Source of the DNA: an uncultured Gammaproteobacteria bacterium
Lineage (GTDB): Bacteria > Patescibacteriota > Microgenomatia > UBA10105 > UBA927
Direction: 5' to 3'
DNA length: 64,000 bases
NCBI GenBank assembly: GCA_964629685.1
Contig: CAZVTT010000001.1
Location: forward strand, 577,319 to 641,318
Under the pieces are notes generated by a model, which worked only from the letters and a program-made list of their open reading frames with translations, was not told the origin of the DNA and made no database searches. Of this stretch, positions 31,066 to 39,685 are shown in pieces. Position numbers and translations under genes: made by a program. Position 1 is the stretch's first letter, and the number at the start of each line of letters is the position of its first letter.

Positions 31066-31500
31066 ATGAAGCCTGGTGTAGATTATATCGGCGTGGGTGT
31101 AGGGGCAGCAATTTTTAATGCCGAAGGAAAATTATTTCTAACACAACGCGGAAGGGAAGCCAAAAATGAAGTTGGGAAATGGGAAATTCCCGGCGGGAGT
31201 GTGGAGTTTGGGGAAACCCTGGTCGCAGCAATCATGCGGGAAATGCGGGAAGAACATGGTGTGGAAATAGTCGTAGGAGAGTTACTGGATATTTGCGATC
31301 ATATTATTCCTGATGAGAAACAGCATTGGGTTTCACCGACATATATTTGTTGTATAGTTCGGGGTACACCTCAAATTTTGGAACCGCACAAGTGTGCGCA
31401 AATAGGATGGTTTACGATTAATGAGGCAGCGTCTTTGCCGCTCTCCATTGTAACAAAGCATGACATTGAAGTGTTAAAGTCACGCCGTCGGTCTGCATAA
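31066..31500 (+). CDS. NUDIX hydrolase
   Basis: Nudix box GGSVEFGETLVAAIMREMREEHGV (GX5EX7REUXEEXGU). Confidence 0.8.
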   Translation: MKPGVDYIGVGVGAAIFNAEGKLFLTQRGREAKNEVGKWEIPGGSVEFGETLVAAIMREMREEHGVEIVVGELLDICDHIIPDEKQHWVSPTYICCIVRGTPQILEPHKCAQIGWFTINEAASLPLSIVTKHDIEVLKSRRRSA

Positions 31501-31504
31501 TGGT

Positions 31505-32155
31505 TTATATTTGAAGGGTTTCAAACATCCATCTCCGTAGTTTCCCTACCTGGTCTCCAAACAACTGATGCCGGCGGGTGTCCGGTTCTGCCAACGCTTC
31601 CGCGTCGACCATTAAGAGTCTGTTAATATCCGCGTTATACACAATATTATTTGGTGACTGATTTTGGAAAATGTCTCCGTGAATTAAACCGAGTTGTTTT
31701 TCTATATCCACCTGATCCCTACCCAATTCATGAAGTAATGTCTTAATTGTTGATTCGGTAAATCCGGTAAACGTTTCCGGACTATCATCATATCCAAGTC
31801 TAACCAAATCTAATTCCGTAGCCAGATGGCAAATATTCGTACCCAGAAACGGCATACTGACAACGGACCATGGTGACGACCTCCTGGTAAATATTTCTAT
31901 GTCTGAAAGATCAGGTAATATATTCCGGTAATACGGAATAAGTTTTCGTAATTTTGTTATTTCCTGATTAGCTTCTCCGTCATTAGGTCTAACTTTAAAG
32001 ACCCTCTTGTCTATCCGAAAAACACGACGGTTCCGGAAATAACCGGGATATACCTCCGTAATCGAATCCGGAGTAATAAATTGTCCTATTTCGGACATAA
32101 ATAATCCAATATCAGTCGCTGATGGTCGTATGACTTCCGGCATAGATAACTGCAC
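31505..32155 (-). CDS. protein-kinase-like/APH-fold phosphotransferase family protein
   Basis: LIHGDIFQNQSPNNIV...MVDAE resembles the HGD...N catalytic loop and the D-x-E metal site of the APH/ChoK fold. Confidence 0.45.
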   Translation of the reverse strand: MQLSMPEVIRPSATDIGLFMSEIGQFITPDSITEVYPGYFRNRRVFRIDKRVFKVRPNDGEANQEITKLRKLIPYYRNILPDLSDIEIFTRRSSPWSVVSMPFLGTNICHLATELDLVRLGYDDSPETFTGFTESTIKTLLHELGRDQVDIEKQLGLIHGDIFQNQSPNNIVYNADINRLLMVDAEALAEPDTRRHQLFGDQVGKLRRWMFETLQI

Positions 32156-32156
32156 T

Positions 32157-32192
32157 AAAAAACCCGGTTTTAATCGGGTTTGTTAGTACTCT
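32157..32192 (-). terminator. terminator downstream of csp
   Basis: Minus-strand read: AAACCCGATTAAAACCGGGTTTTTT, hairpin plus U-tract. Confidence 0.7.
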
Positions 32193-32218
32193 TTAAAATT
32201 TATAGAGCTAGTTTTGAA

Positions 32219-32416
32219 TTAGACGCGGGTAACGTTTTTTGCGCTTTGACCCTTTTCACCGTTTACAACTTCAAATGTGACGACATCGCCTACTTGAATT
32301 TGATCAAAAGTGACACCATTCAAATCTTTAGAATGAAAAAATAGGTCTTTAGTTTCGCCTTCGCGGCTAATAAACCCAAATCCTCGATCCGTTTTAGTTT
32401 TGACTGTTCCTTGCAT
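32219..32416 (-). CDS. cold-shock protein (CspA family)
   Basis: MQGTVKTKTDRGFGFI... carries the RNP1 motif GFGFI. Length 65 aa. Confidence 0.85.
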   Translation of the reverse strand: MQGTVKTKTDRGFGFISREGETKDLFFHSKDLNGVTFDQIQVGDVVTFEVVNGEKGQSAKNVTRV

Positions 32417-32589
32417 AGTAATTTGGTAGAGATAATAATTTTATCTCCATATCTCCTTTCTATACAGGCCATTATAGCAGATTGTATGCTAATTTACTTA
32501 AATTGAGGTAAACCAAGTTATTATAGGCCTATAAAGAGTGTTTTTACGTGGTGTTCTTTAGGAGACTTGCTAAATGGCTATAAAACCAA

Positions 32590-32626
32590 AAAATCCTGTC
32601 ATATGTGAGTTAGACAGGATCTGTAT
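32590..32626 (-). terminator. terminator after the small ORF at 32635-32790
   Basis: Minus-strand read: ATCCTGTC-N13-GACAGGAT followed by TTTTTTGGTTTT. Confidence 0.55.
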
Positions 32627-32634
32627 TTGGGGTA

Positions 32635-32790
32635 TCAGGCGTTTATTTCCTGAGGGGGATTGGATATAACGCGATTTGTTTCATTCGCAGATTCTGAATA
32701 TTTATCATTCAGATATGTCCATATTTCCCGAAGAGTATAACGCCGGGAAAACGGTATCTTACTGTTTTCCTGTTCAGACAATTCTTTCAT
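32635..32790 (-). CDS. small hypothetical protein (51 aa)
   Basis: Strong SD AAGGAGGTGA lies 5 nt upstream of ATG (MKELSEQENSK...). A terminator follows immediately. Confidence 0.4.
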   Translation of the reverse strand: MKELSEQENSKIPFSRRYTLREIWTYLNDKYSESANETNRVISNPPQEINA

Positions 32791-32931
32791 TGTCTTCACC
32801 TCCTTTCCGGAGGGCAAATATTAAATGTGCCTACCGGAATTATAACAGTTTTACTAAAAATATTCATTACCTGTTTTACATCTGTTTATCCGTATGATTG
32901 GGAGCGGTAGGGTATAATTAGAGTTTACGCT

Positions 32932-33738
32932 ATGAAAATTGATATAAATCCGAAAAATTCACAGGCTTTGGATATAACTCAGGAAAAACGGGAACTTGAG
33001 CTTTTGGTATTGGAAAAAGAGCAGGAGTTAGGCATCGTGTTGGAAAAAGTGGAATCACTTAAGCGGGAAATAGCGGATTTTCAGGAGTTGTATGATCTTA
33101 AAATCAGGAAGCTGTATATGCGCTTGGAATATTTGGAAGAACAGTTATTTAAGTACAGAAATATAAGTGAAGTGGTAGATAACCTATTCTCATTTTCGGA
33201 AGCTCAGGAAGTATTTGAGGAAACCATGAAAAGCAGACGAGCCCGCATGGAGGAAGAATATGAAAAAGCACATCAGCAGGAAAACATATTACGCAAAAAA
33301 AATTCAATGTCGGAGAATGCACAAAAAGAATTAAAACTTTTATACCGGAAACTGGCAAGATTATTTCACCCGGATCGTTTAGGTGGTGACGACAAGTTTA
33401 TGATTCGTATTAATAAGGCTTATGCGGAAGCTGATCTCGAATTTTTGCGCAATTTTGAATTGGATCATGTACCGACGGATAAGGATGATCACACCGTTAG
33501 CGGGTTACAGCAACGGTTGGTAGATCTGTATCAGTTACTGGATAAAGCCAGTAAAGAGCTTAAATTACTGCGGAAGCACGATATGTATATTATGAAAAAA
33601 AATATTACCAAATCAAACCGGACGAAAGAGGATTTTTTCAATGCGCAGGCAAAAAAAATCAGAAGAAAAATAATGCAGAAGCAGGAAGAGTTAGAAGATT
33701 TAAAAGAAAAATTCGGACAAAATACGGAAGTATTTTGA
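32932..33738 (+). CDS. coiled-coil protein with C-terminal DnaJ (J) domain
   Basis: LYRKLARLFHPDRLGGDDKFMIRINKAYAEA is a J-domain helix II/III with HPD. The N-terminal 130 aa and C-terminal 80 aa are heptad-rich. Confidence 0.65.
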   Translation: MKIDINPKNSQALDITQEKRELELLVLEKEQELGIVLEKVESLKREIADFQELYDLKIRKLYMRLEYLEEQLFKYRNISEVVDNLFSFSEAQEVFEETMKSRRARMEEEYEKAHQQENILRKKNSMSENAQKELKLLYRKLARLFHPDRLGGDDKFMIRINKAYAEADLEFLRNFELDHVPTDKDDHTVSGLQQRLVDLYQLLDKASKELKLLRKHDMYIMKKNITKSNRTKEDFFNAQAKKIRRKIMQKQEELEDLKEKFGQNTEVF

Positions 33739-33756
33739 CGATATTACGTTTGTGAT

Positions 33757-35178
33757 TTAGGGAGTACTTGTTTTTATGGCCGCAAGCAAAGGAACAAGTT
33801 GCCTGTTATCCTTATTTACAGTTCTAAACGAGCCATCCCATTTGCGCAAATCCACGGTAACATAGGAGGATGAATCATCTTCCTCAGGGATGGGTATATC
33901 AATGAATGACTGTAATATCCGTAAGCGCATAAGCCAATCGTTAGTTATACGGGCATTTACTTCATCAGCAGGAGTATTTCCGATGTGCTGAATACGGGGT
34001 AAATACGTCGGTATGCGGATAGTATTCACTCCGCGTGCGCGGAATAGAGCCAGAGCTGTAGCGAAGCTGACCATTGCTGCACCTCCGGAAACGGTGTTGA
34101 ATCGTTTAAGTCGATCTTCCCGGTCTGAAATAATTCCACGAATACGTGGAGCTTCTAATTGTTGTTTTAAGTTCACTATTGTACGTTCTATTAATGATAC
34201 ATAAAAATCTTTACTGTTTATAGCACTCTGATCAACGAATTGTTTTATGGTGGACATACGTTGAAGTACGTCCGGTATCTCGTCCTGGTCAACGTTATCC
34301 GGCAGTTGTAAATGTAACTGTGGTGCTTCGTCATTTAACATATCATTTAACAAATGATAGCTTCTTCTTAAGCTTAATTCGGTTAATTCCATTCTTCCCG
34401 TTGATTTTGCTTCTACCGGATCAAGTTGGATGGAATATATGGTGACTTGTTCTGGTGTGTCTATGCCATAAATAACCGAATGGATAGCATCCGTTGGTTC
34501 CTGTTGTGGAGTTTCGGTGGACGAAATATGTAAAGTTCGGGGACCTTCTACGTAACTTGCCGTTGAAGTTGTATCCAGAACTGTTACTGTTTCGGTTCCG
34601 GACTTGGTCGGAATTTCCCCGATTTCCGTCCAATCGGTAAAAGGTAACCCCCCGTTACGTATTTCGTTTTGTATGCGCTCAAGAAATTCTTTCGGGTGAG
34701 CAAAGTCAGCGTATGTAGCCCGTTCCCAAACCGTTACAACATCCAGGTATTCAAACCAGTTGGAATGCGTTTTATGTACGTCCGCAATATCTTGGAACGC
34801 TACAAGTGTACGAAAAAAATCACGACACTCCCCGATACGTAAAATATATTCGGGAGGTGTTTTATCAGGAGAAGGGAAGTCTGAAGGGGGTTCATCCTTG
34901 TACGGATCTGACTGCATTGTGCGATAGGTGTATGTTTTTTCATCATGTGTAAATTCAAGTGAAATTTTTTTCTCAAAAACGAAATTCCGCAAAAAATTTT
35001 TCAGTATCGGCAGCTTGTTCCGTAACATCGTGTCTTGACTTTCCAGAGTTTCAAAGATTCCTATAAGTGGACCGGAGAAATTGTCACTGTTCCTAAACCC
35101 TTCCCAATCTTCATCAAGTATTATGTGTTCCGCGGTTGGTTCAGTAAATGTCATAATTGAATAATTTGTACTCTCCAA
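33757..35178 (-). CDS. hypothetical protein (473 aa)
   Basis: Long ORF with no recognisable motifs. Acidic. Confidence 0.45.
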   Translation of the reverse strand: MESTNYSIMTFTEPTAEHIILDEDWEGFRNSDNFSGPLIGIFETLESQDTMLRNKLPILKNFLRNFVFEKKISLEFTHDEKTYTYRTMQSDPYKDEPPSDFPSPDKTPPEYILRIGECRDFFRTLVAFQDIADVHKTHSNWFEYLDVVTVWERATYADFAHPKEFLERIQNEIRNGGLPFTDWTEIGEIPTKSGTETVTVLDTTSTASYVEGPRTLHISSTETPQQEPTDAIHSVIYGIDTPEQVTIYSIQLDPVEAKSTGRMELTELSLRRSYHLLNDMLNDEAPQLHLQLPDNVDQDEIPDVLQRMSTIKQFVDQSAINSKDFYVSLIERTIVNLKQQLEAPRIRGIISDREDRLKRFNTVSGGAAMVSFATALALFRARGVNTIRIPTYLPRIQHIGNTPADEVNARITNDWLMRLRILQSFIDIPIPEEDDSSSYVTVDLRKWDGSFRTVNKDNRQLVPLLAAIKTSTP

Positions 35179-35296
35179 AGTTTAGTATACATTGATTTTT
35201 TGCAGTAAGTGTCCGAATAACTACATGTTACTACGAAAATATTAGAAGATATAAAAGATAAAGGGGTGAATAGCGAAAGTAACTGCTCTACCAACG

Positions 35297-35345
35297 TAAC
35301 GTGGATATACGTACATTCGGTTTGCCGTTATATACATATATCCAC
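35297..35345. repeat. perfect 10-bp-arm inverted repeat (CGTGGATATA...TATATCCACG) followed by T-tract on plus strand
   Basis: Read directly from sequence. Lies in the intergenic region between the 473-aa gene start and a 53-aa ORF. Confidence 0.6.
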
Positions 35346-35357
35346 GAGTTTTTATCG

Positions 35358-35519
35358 TTAGATTTTGTTGTCTAATTGGTTTTGCAATTCTTTGATTTTT
35401 TCTTCAATCCCAATCCTGGCATCTGCAGCAGCGATTTTCAGATTAGCGGTTAATTCACTTATCTTGGCTTGTATTTTTTCTTTTTCCGCTGCGGCTTTGT
35501 CCATATGTGCATTATTCAT
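35358..35519 (-). CDS. small coiled-coil protein (53 aa)
   Basis: SD AGGAGG sits 6 nt upstream of ATG. Protein MNNAHMDKAAAEKEKIQAKISELTANLKIAAADARIGIEEKIKELQNQLDNKI. Confidence 0.4.
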   Translation of the reverse strand: MNNAHMDKAAAEKEKIQAKISELTANLKIAAADARIGIEEKIKELQNQLDNKI

Positions 35520-35530
35520 ATATACCTCCT

Positions 35531-36067
35531 TTAAACGGTAATGGCTTTTAGTTGCTGGGCACCATGATCTCTCATTATTGAGAGTGATTCTTTTGAATTA
35601 CTGGCTATCATAGTCGGTACAGCCAGTAAAATACCTCCGGATTTTATAGTATCCTCATATATCCGCGCCGTATCTTCCGGTACTCCCAGACCTATGAGCG
35701 CACCCATAAATCCTCCGGCTAACGCACCGCTTACTGCTCCTGAGGCAGCGGTTGCAGCTGCACCCGTAAGACCTAAGGCTGCGGCAATCGGTCCGCCGAT
35801 AAGTAACGCACCTACACCCGGAACAGTTATCGCACCGATACCAATCAAAAGGCCGGCAATTCCTCCTAAGACGCCACCTGTTGCGACACCGGTTGCCGTT
35901 TTATCTACTACACTTACGCCTGTGGATTCCGCTACCACCTGCGCTGTTGTATTATTCTGCATTACTAGCGACATTTCTTTCGGATTAAAACCTGCTTCCT
36001 CTAATTCGCTAATTGCTTTTTCTGCTTGTGTTCTGTCTGTAAAAACGCCTATATTCATTGTTGCCAT
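35531..36067 (-). CDS. YflT-like general stress protein with glycine-zipper membrane segment
   Basis: N-terminus IGVFTDRTQAEKAISELEEAGFNPKEMSLV resembles Bacillus YflT (Gsp17M). Central GxxxG-rich zipper GVLGGIAGLLIGIGAITVPGVGALLIGGPIAAALG. SD AGGAGG precedes the start. Confidence 0.6.
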   Translation of the reverse strand: MATMNIGVFTDRTQAEKAISELEEAGFNPKEMSLVMQNNTTAQVVAESTGVSVVDKTATGVATGGVLGGIAGLLIGIGAITVPGVGALLIGGPIAAALGLTGAAATAASGAVSGALAGGFMGALIGLGVPEDTARIYEDTIKSGGILLAVPTMIASNSKESLSIMRDHGAQQLKAITV

Positions 36068-36080
36068 GTGTCCTCCTATT

Positions 36081-36164
36081 CTAGTGAATAATATGTATTC
36101 CTATCAGATACAACAGTAAAAGGGATATGGGTACACCAATAAACCAACTCAGTTCATATTCCAT
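36081..36164 (-). CDS. 27-aa hydrophobic micro-protein
   Basis: SD GGAGGTGA lies 5 nt upstream of ATG. Protein MEYELSWFIGVPISLLLLYLIGIHIIH, a single TM helix. Confidence 0.3.
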   Translation of the reverse strand: MEYELSWFIGVPISLLLLYLIGIHIIH

Positions 36165-36324
36165 ACTGTTCACCTCCTTCCAATATTTTCAAGTACTGTT
36201 GATTTCTTCTAAAGAGACTTTACTGTTCCCGGATAGGAACGTTATAAAAATAACGTAAGGGAAAAGTAAGAACCTTGATGTCTATTTTTCCTGACAACGG
36301 ATGTAATCTCGCGAGAAGGAATTT

Positions 36325-38634
36325 TTATCTGGGGTCGGGAGCAGTTATGGTAAGAAAAAACGGTTGTATTTCATTATAGTTATCGCCACTGTCTTTAACA
36401 GAGACGGTTATTTCATATTTCACTCCGGTCTTTAGTGCAATGGGAATGGTTTTTCTGAACGTTGAGTCGTTATTTACAATTGTATCGTACGTGTCGAGGC
36501 AGTATTCGTCACCACTCGTACAGGTTGTGTCCTTTACAGAAAAAGTAACGGTAGACCCGGATATGGCTATACCGGCAAAAGTCGGCCACCTACCCGTATA
36601 TGTAAGCGGTTGATTCGTTTGTGATGGATTGTCGGCAGACAAATGAATGGTACCGTTGGAATTTCCTATTCCGGTTAATACGAGCGGAAAAAAGTCCCGG
36701 GTGGTGAGCGCTTTTCTGGTTCCTATCCTGAGTGTTTTGGATTCCGTGTATTGTATTTGACCCGCGTGGTCAAGCGCTTCAATTTTCCACTGGTAGGTCG
36801 CATCTGATAGCAGCATACCGCCGTTCCCGAAATATTTATCTGTAGCATTTCCTCTGGCATCTACTGCTTTGGGAGAAACGGTAATCACGGAGTTTTGATC
36901 ATCATATTCAACTACTTTCAGCCGGTCCTCATATATGCCATCCGGATTATCGGTGTTATTCGGTTGAAAATTATCCGGACTGTTTCTTACATCCCGGTAG
37001 GCTATCGGAATGTTATCTATATATGGTATCCAATCTCCGTTGTTTTTTTTAACCAGAATTTTAAAATGATCAAGATTTTCACGAAGATCGGAGAATCTCT
37101 GTTTATGAATCCGGAAGGTGAAAGAGGGAAGCCTGTTTGAAGTGAATGTATTTTGAATAGGTAGTAGCGATTCAAAAGGTTCGAAATACAAAGTGGTGTT
37201 TCCGGTGTCCTTATCGTTGTTGTGTGTAGCACGGATTTTTACGGTATATCCTTGTTGGTCTGCCATACTATTGGTACTCGGATCGAAATCAAAGAAATAG
37301 TGTTCACGGTTAGAATCAAAAGCACCGTCTGATGCAGCTCCACCGGTCCATGAGCTTCCGTTTATTGAATATTCTATGTATCGGATAATTTGGTGATTAA
37401 TATTCGTAGAAGCTTCACCGGTAAATCGAAGTTTGCCATTGGGTTGTCCGTACACGGTTCGTGAAAGGGTAAGATCGGGAAGTTTATTGGTGAAAAGTAA
37501 TACCCGGTTATTTTCCGGATCGGCTATTACCATTTGGGTGTCTGTAGCGAAAATGCCTTTTGCATTGTGTGAAGATTTGGCACTAATTCCTCCGTTGTTT
37601 TGAATTGCGGTAGTAAAGTCTGGTTGTCCGATGACTATATTGGCTGGTGCATTGTTTTGATCCGGAATTTGATTCCAGATTAAATACCGGTAAGAATTCC
37701 TATCGGAAGAATATAGTCTCCCCTTATTATCTACATGAATAAAAAACGGATGTACCGAAGATGCCGTAGAGGGAGGAGACGTATTAGCAGAGTTAAAATC
37801 TGTTTGTCCTAGAACTACATCAGCAGCAGCACCATTTGTGGTGGGAATTGTATTAAATATGGTAATCCGGAAATTTCCCCGTTCACCCACCAGGAGTTTT
37901 CCGTTATAGAATGCTACGCTACGGGGATTATTCATCGTAGTAGCAGTGGTTCCGGTTCCTGATCCTGAAAATGTAGATTGGCCAACTACGACATCTGCTG
38001 CTGTGTTGCTAGTAGTCGGAATTGAATTAAATAGTAAAATCCGCGAATTTGTGGTGTCGGCAATAGCCAATCGTTGACCGTCGGAAGCAAGTCCGGTAAC
38101 GGCAGTAAGGGTATTTGCGGCTGGACTACCGCCCTGATTAGAGAGACAGGATGTTAACGATGATTGGCCTAATACGTAGTCGGCAGCTGCACCGTTTGTA
38201 CTAGGTATCCCATTAAATACTAGTACCCGATTCCGGCCGGCGTCGGCTATAAATAGTTTTCCGTTAACATAAAGCAGACCACTATCTGCCGGGTTTAGTC
38301 CATTCGACGTACAACCCAGACTGGATGATCCGGTAAAACCGGTTTGACCGATCACTACGTCTGCCGGCATGTTATTTTCCGTGGGAACTCTGTTCCAGAT
38401 CAGCACCCGGTTGTTTCCGCCGTCCAGAACCAGCAGTTTTCCTTCCGCTATGATGGCGTATCTTGGTGCGCTCAGGGTATTCGCACGGGTAGTACCTCCT
38501 TGGTTGGCTAATCCCTGTGTAAAATCCGGTTGACCAATAACGACCGTTGCCGGCATATAGGTATAGTATGCAGAAACCGGGATTGGAAGGACGAGCAGAA
38601 TTGCACAAATAACCAGAAGTAGCAGCGTTTTCAT
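36325..38634 (-). CDS. secreted NHL-repeat beta-propeller protein with C-terminal Ig-like/fibronectin-like domains
   Basis: Signal peptide MKTLLLLVICAILLVLPIPVSA (the ORF extends to 38700). At least 7 repeats of VVIGQ(P/T)DFT...GG...L..P...A/G...LLV.D..N.R(V/I)L.(W/F)N. The C-terminal 300 aa is beta-rich. Confidence 0.7.
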   Translation of the reverse strand: MKTLLLLVICAILLVLPIPVSAYYTYMPATVVIGQPDFTQGLANQGGTTRANTLSAPRYAIIAEGKLLVLDGGNNRVLIWNRVPTENNMPADVVIGQTGFTGSSSLGCTSNGLNPADSGLLYVNGKLFIADAGRNRVLVFNGIPSTNGAAADYVLGQSSLTSCLSNQGGSPAANTLTAVTGLASDGQRLAIADTTNSRILLFNSIPTTSNTAADVVVGQSTFSGSGTGTTATTMNNPRSVAFYNGKLLVGERGNFRITIFNTIPTTNGAAADVVLGQTDFNSANTSPPSTASSVHPFFIHVDNKGRLYSSDRNSYRYLIWNQIPDQNNAPANIVIGQPDFTTAIQNNGGISAKSSHNAKGIFATDTQMVIADPENNRVLLFTNKLPDLTLSRTVYGQPNGKLRFTGEASTNINHQIIRYIEYSINGSSWTGGAASDGAFDSNREHYFFDFDPSTNSMADQQGYTVKIRATHNNDKDTGNTTLYFEPFESLLPIQNTFTSNRLPSFTFRIHKQRFSDLRENLDHFKILVKKNNGDWIPYIDNIPIAYRDVRNSPDNFQPNNTDNPDGIYEDRLKVVEYDDQNSVITVSPKAVDARGNATDKYFGNGGMLLSDATYQWKIEALDHAGQIQYTESKTLRIGTRKALTTRDFFPLVLTGIGNSNGTIHLSADNPSQTNQPLTYTGRWPTFAGIAISGSTVTFSVKDTTCTSGDEYCLDTYDTIVNNDSTFRKTIPIALKTGVKYEITVSVKDSGDNYNEIQPFFLTITAPDPR

Positions 38635-38781
38635 ATGTCTGTTGTTATACGTAAAACAACCAGTCAATATCCGCGTGAATTGTAATATCTCTTTATGCAA
38701 TTTTCGGAGTAGCAGTACAAGAGTGACGTCTGCGTGAAATGGAATGGTGTGAAAGATTACCCGGAGTGCGCTGAAAATATT

Positions 38782-39552
38782 TTACTTGCGGAAATGCGAA
38801 ATCCAACTGTAGAGTAACCCTTTGCTACCGGATATTTTCCCGGAAAGTGCGTGATCTACTGACCAGAAGAAGTCATAGAATTGAACACCCCTGGGATAGC
38901 GTTCCCGAATTTGTTCAGCAAATTCCAGATATGGTCGATAAAGGAAATCCGCAGGTTCCTCGGATTCATGATTAACAATGTAATTTCCGAGCTCCGTGAG
39001 TTTGGCATCGTCTTTCTCTTTCATAACACCGCCGCGGGTCAGGTAGCGGTAAAGAATCGTTTTCGCCGGTAAGCAGGGGAAGGCTACGGAGTTAATTAGT
39101 CGCGGCTGCACTGCCATAGTTTCAGCCGGTACTTCTACCCGGATATCCCGGTACTCAAGGAAATAGCGGCCGTCATCGGTTCTGAGAGATGATAATAATT
39201 CTAACGGAGAAGACCGTTTAGGTTCCGGTACACCCATGATGCAGGGTTCTATACCCAGTTCCGGAAATAACAATTGTTTCGTATGGGGTTGTAGTTCCGT
39301 AAGCGCTGCTTGAATTGTTTCCAAATCCGGACCAAATGCGATTGCGTCAAAATCTATTACCGTTCCGTTGTTCCGAAAAGGATGAACAGGCTGACCCAAT
39401 ATTGCTTTAATTGCTAATCCTCCAACTAAGGAGTATTCGACCCCATGTTGTTCTAATCCGGCCTGTAGGACCATAAGGTTATCCGTAAATTCCGCACATG
39501 CTTCTGCGGTATTCAACATATCTGGTCTGTTGCCTGTTTCTGCTGCTATCAT
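38782..39552 (-). CDS. nucleotidyltransferase-fold protein (AbiEii/DUF1814-like)
   Basis: LVGGLAIKAILGQPVHPFRNNGTVIDFDAIAF fits the hGG-x(n)-DhD polymerase-beta NTase motif and resembles the AbiEii motif (GGTAL...R.SEDLDF). Confidence 0.4.
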   Translation of the reverse strand: MIAAETGNRPDMLNTAEACAEFTDNLMVLQAGLEQHGVEYSLVGGLAIKAILGQPVHPFRNNGTVIDFDAIAFGPDLETIQAALTELQPHTKQLLFPELGIEPCIMGVPEPKRSSPLELLSSLRTDDGRYFLEYRDIRVEVPAETMAVQPRLINSVAFPCLPAKTILYRYLTRGGVMKEKDDAKLTELGNYIVNHESEEPADFLYRPYLEFAEQIRERYPRGVQFYDFFWSVDHALSGKISGSKGLLYSWISHFRK

Positions 39553-39685
39553 GCGCGCTATTGTAGCACTGACAGATAAATTCGCAAATTCTATGCAGTA
39601 CGAATTAAAAATATATGAGATGGAATAGTGGTGAGTACACCGTACTGGACAAATTTATTCGTGAGTTGTGGTTAGCTGCGGATAT

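Noticed and set aside
35694-36119. 141-aa plus-strand ORF rich in Ala/Pro antisense to the YflT-like gene.
   Set aside because: It is an antisense artefact of the glycine-zipper coding region. The minus-strand gene has an SD and family resemblance.
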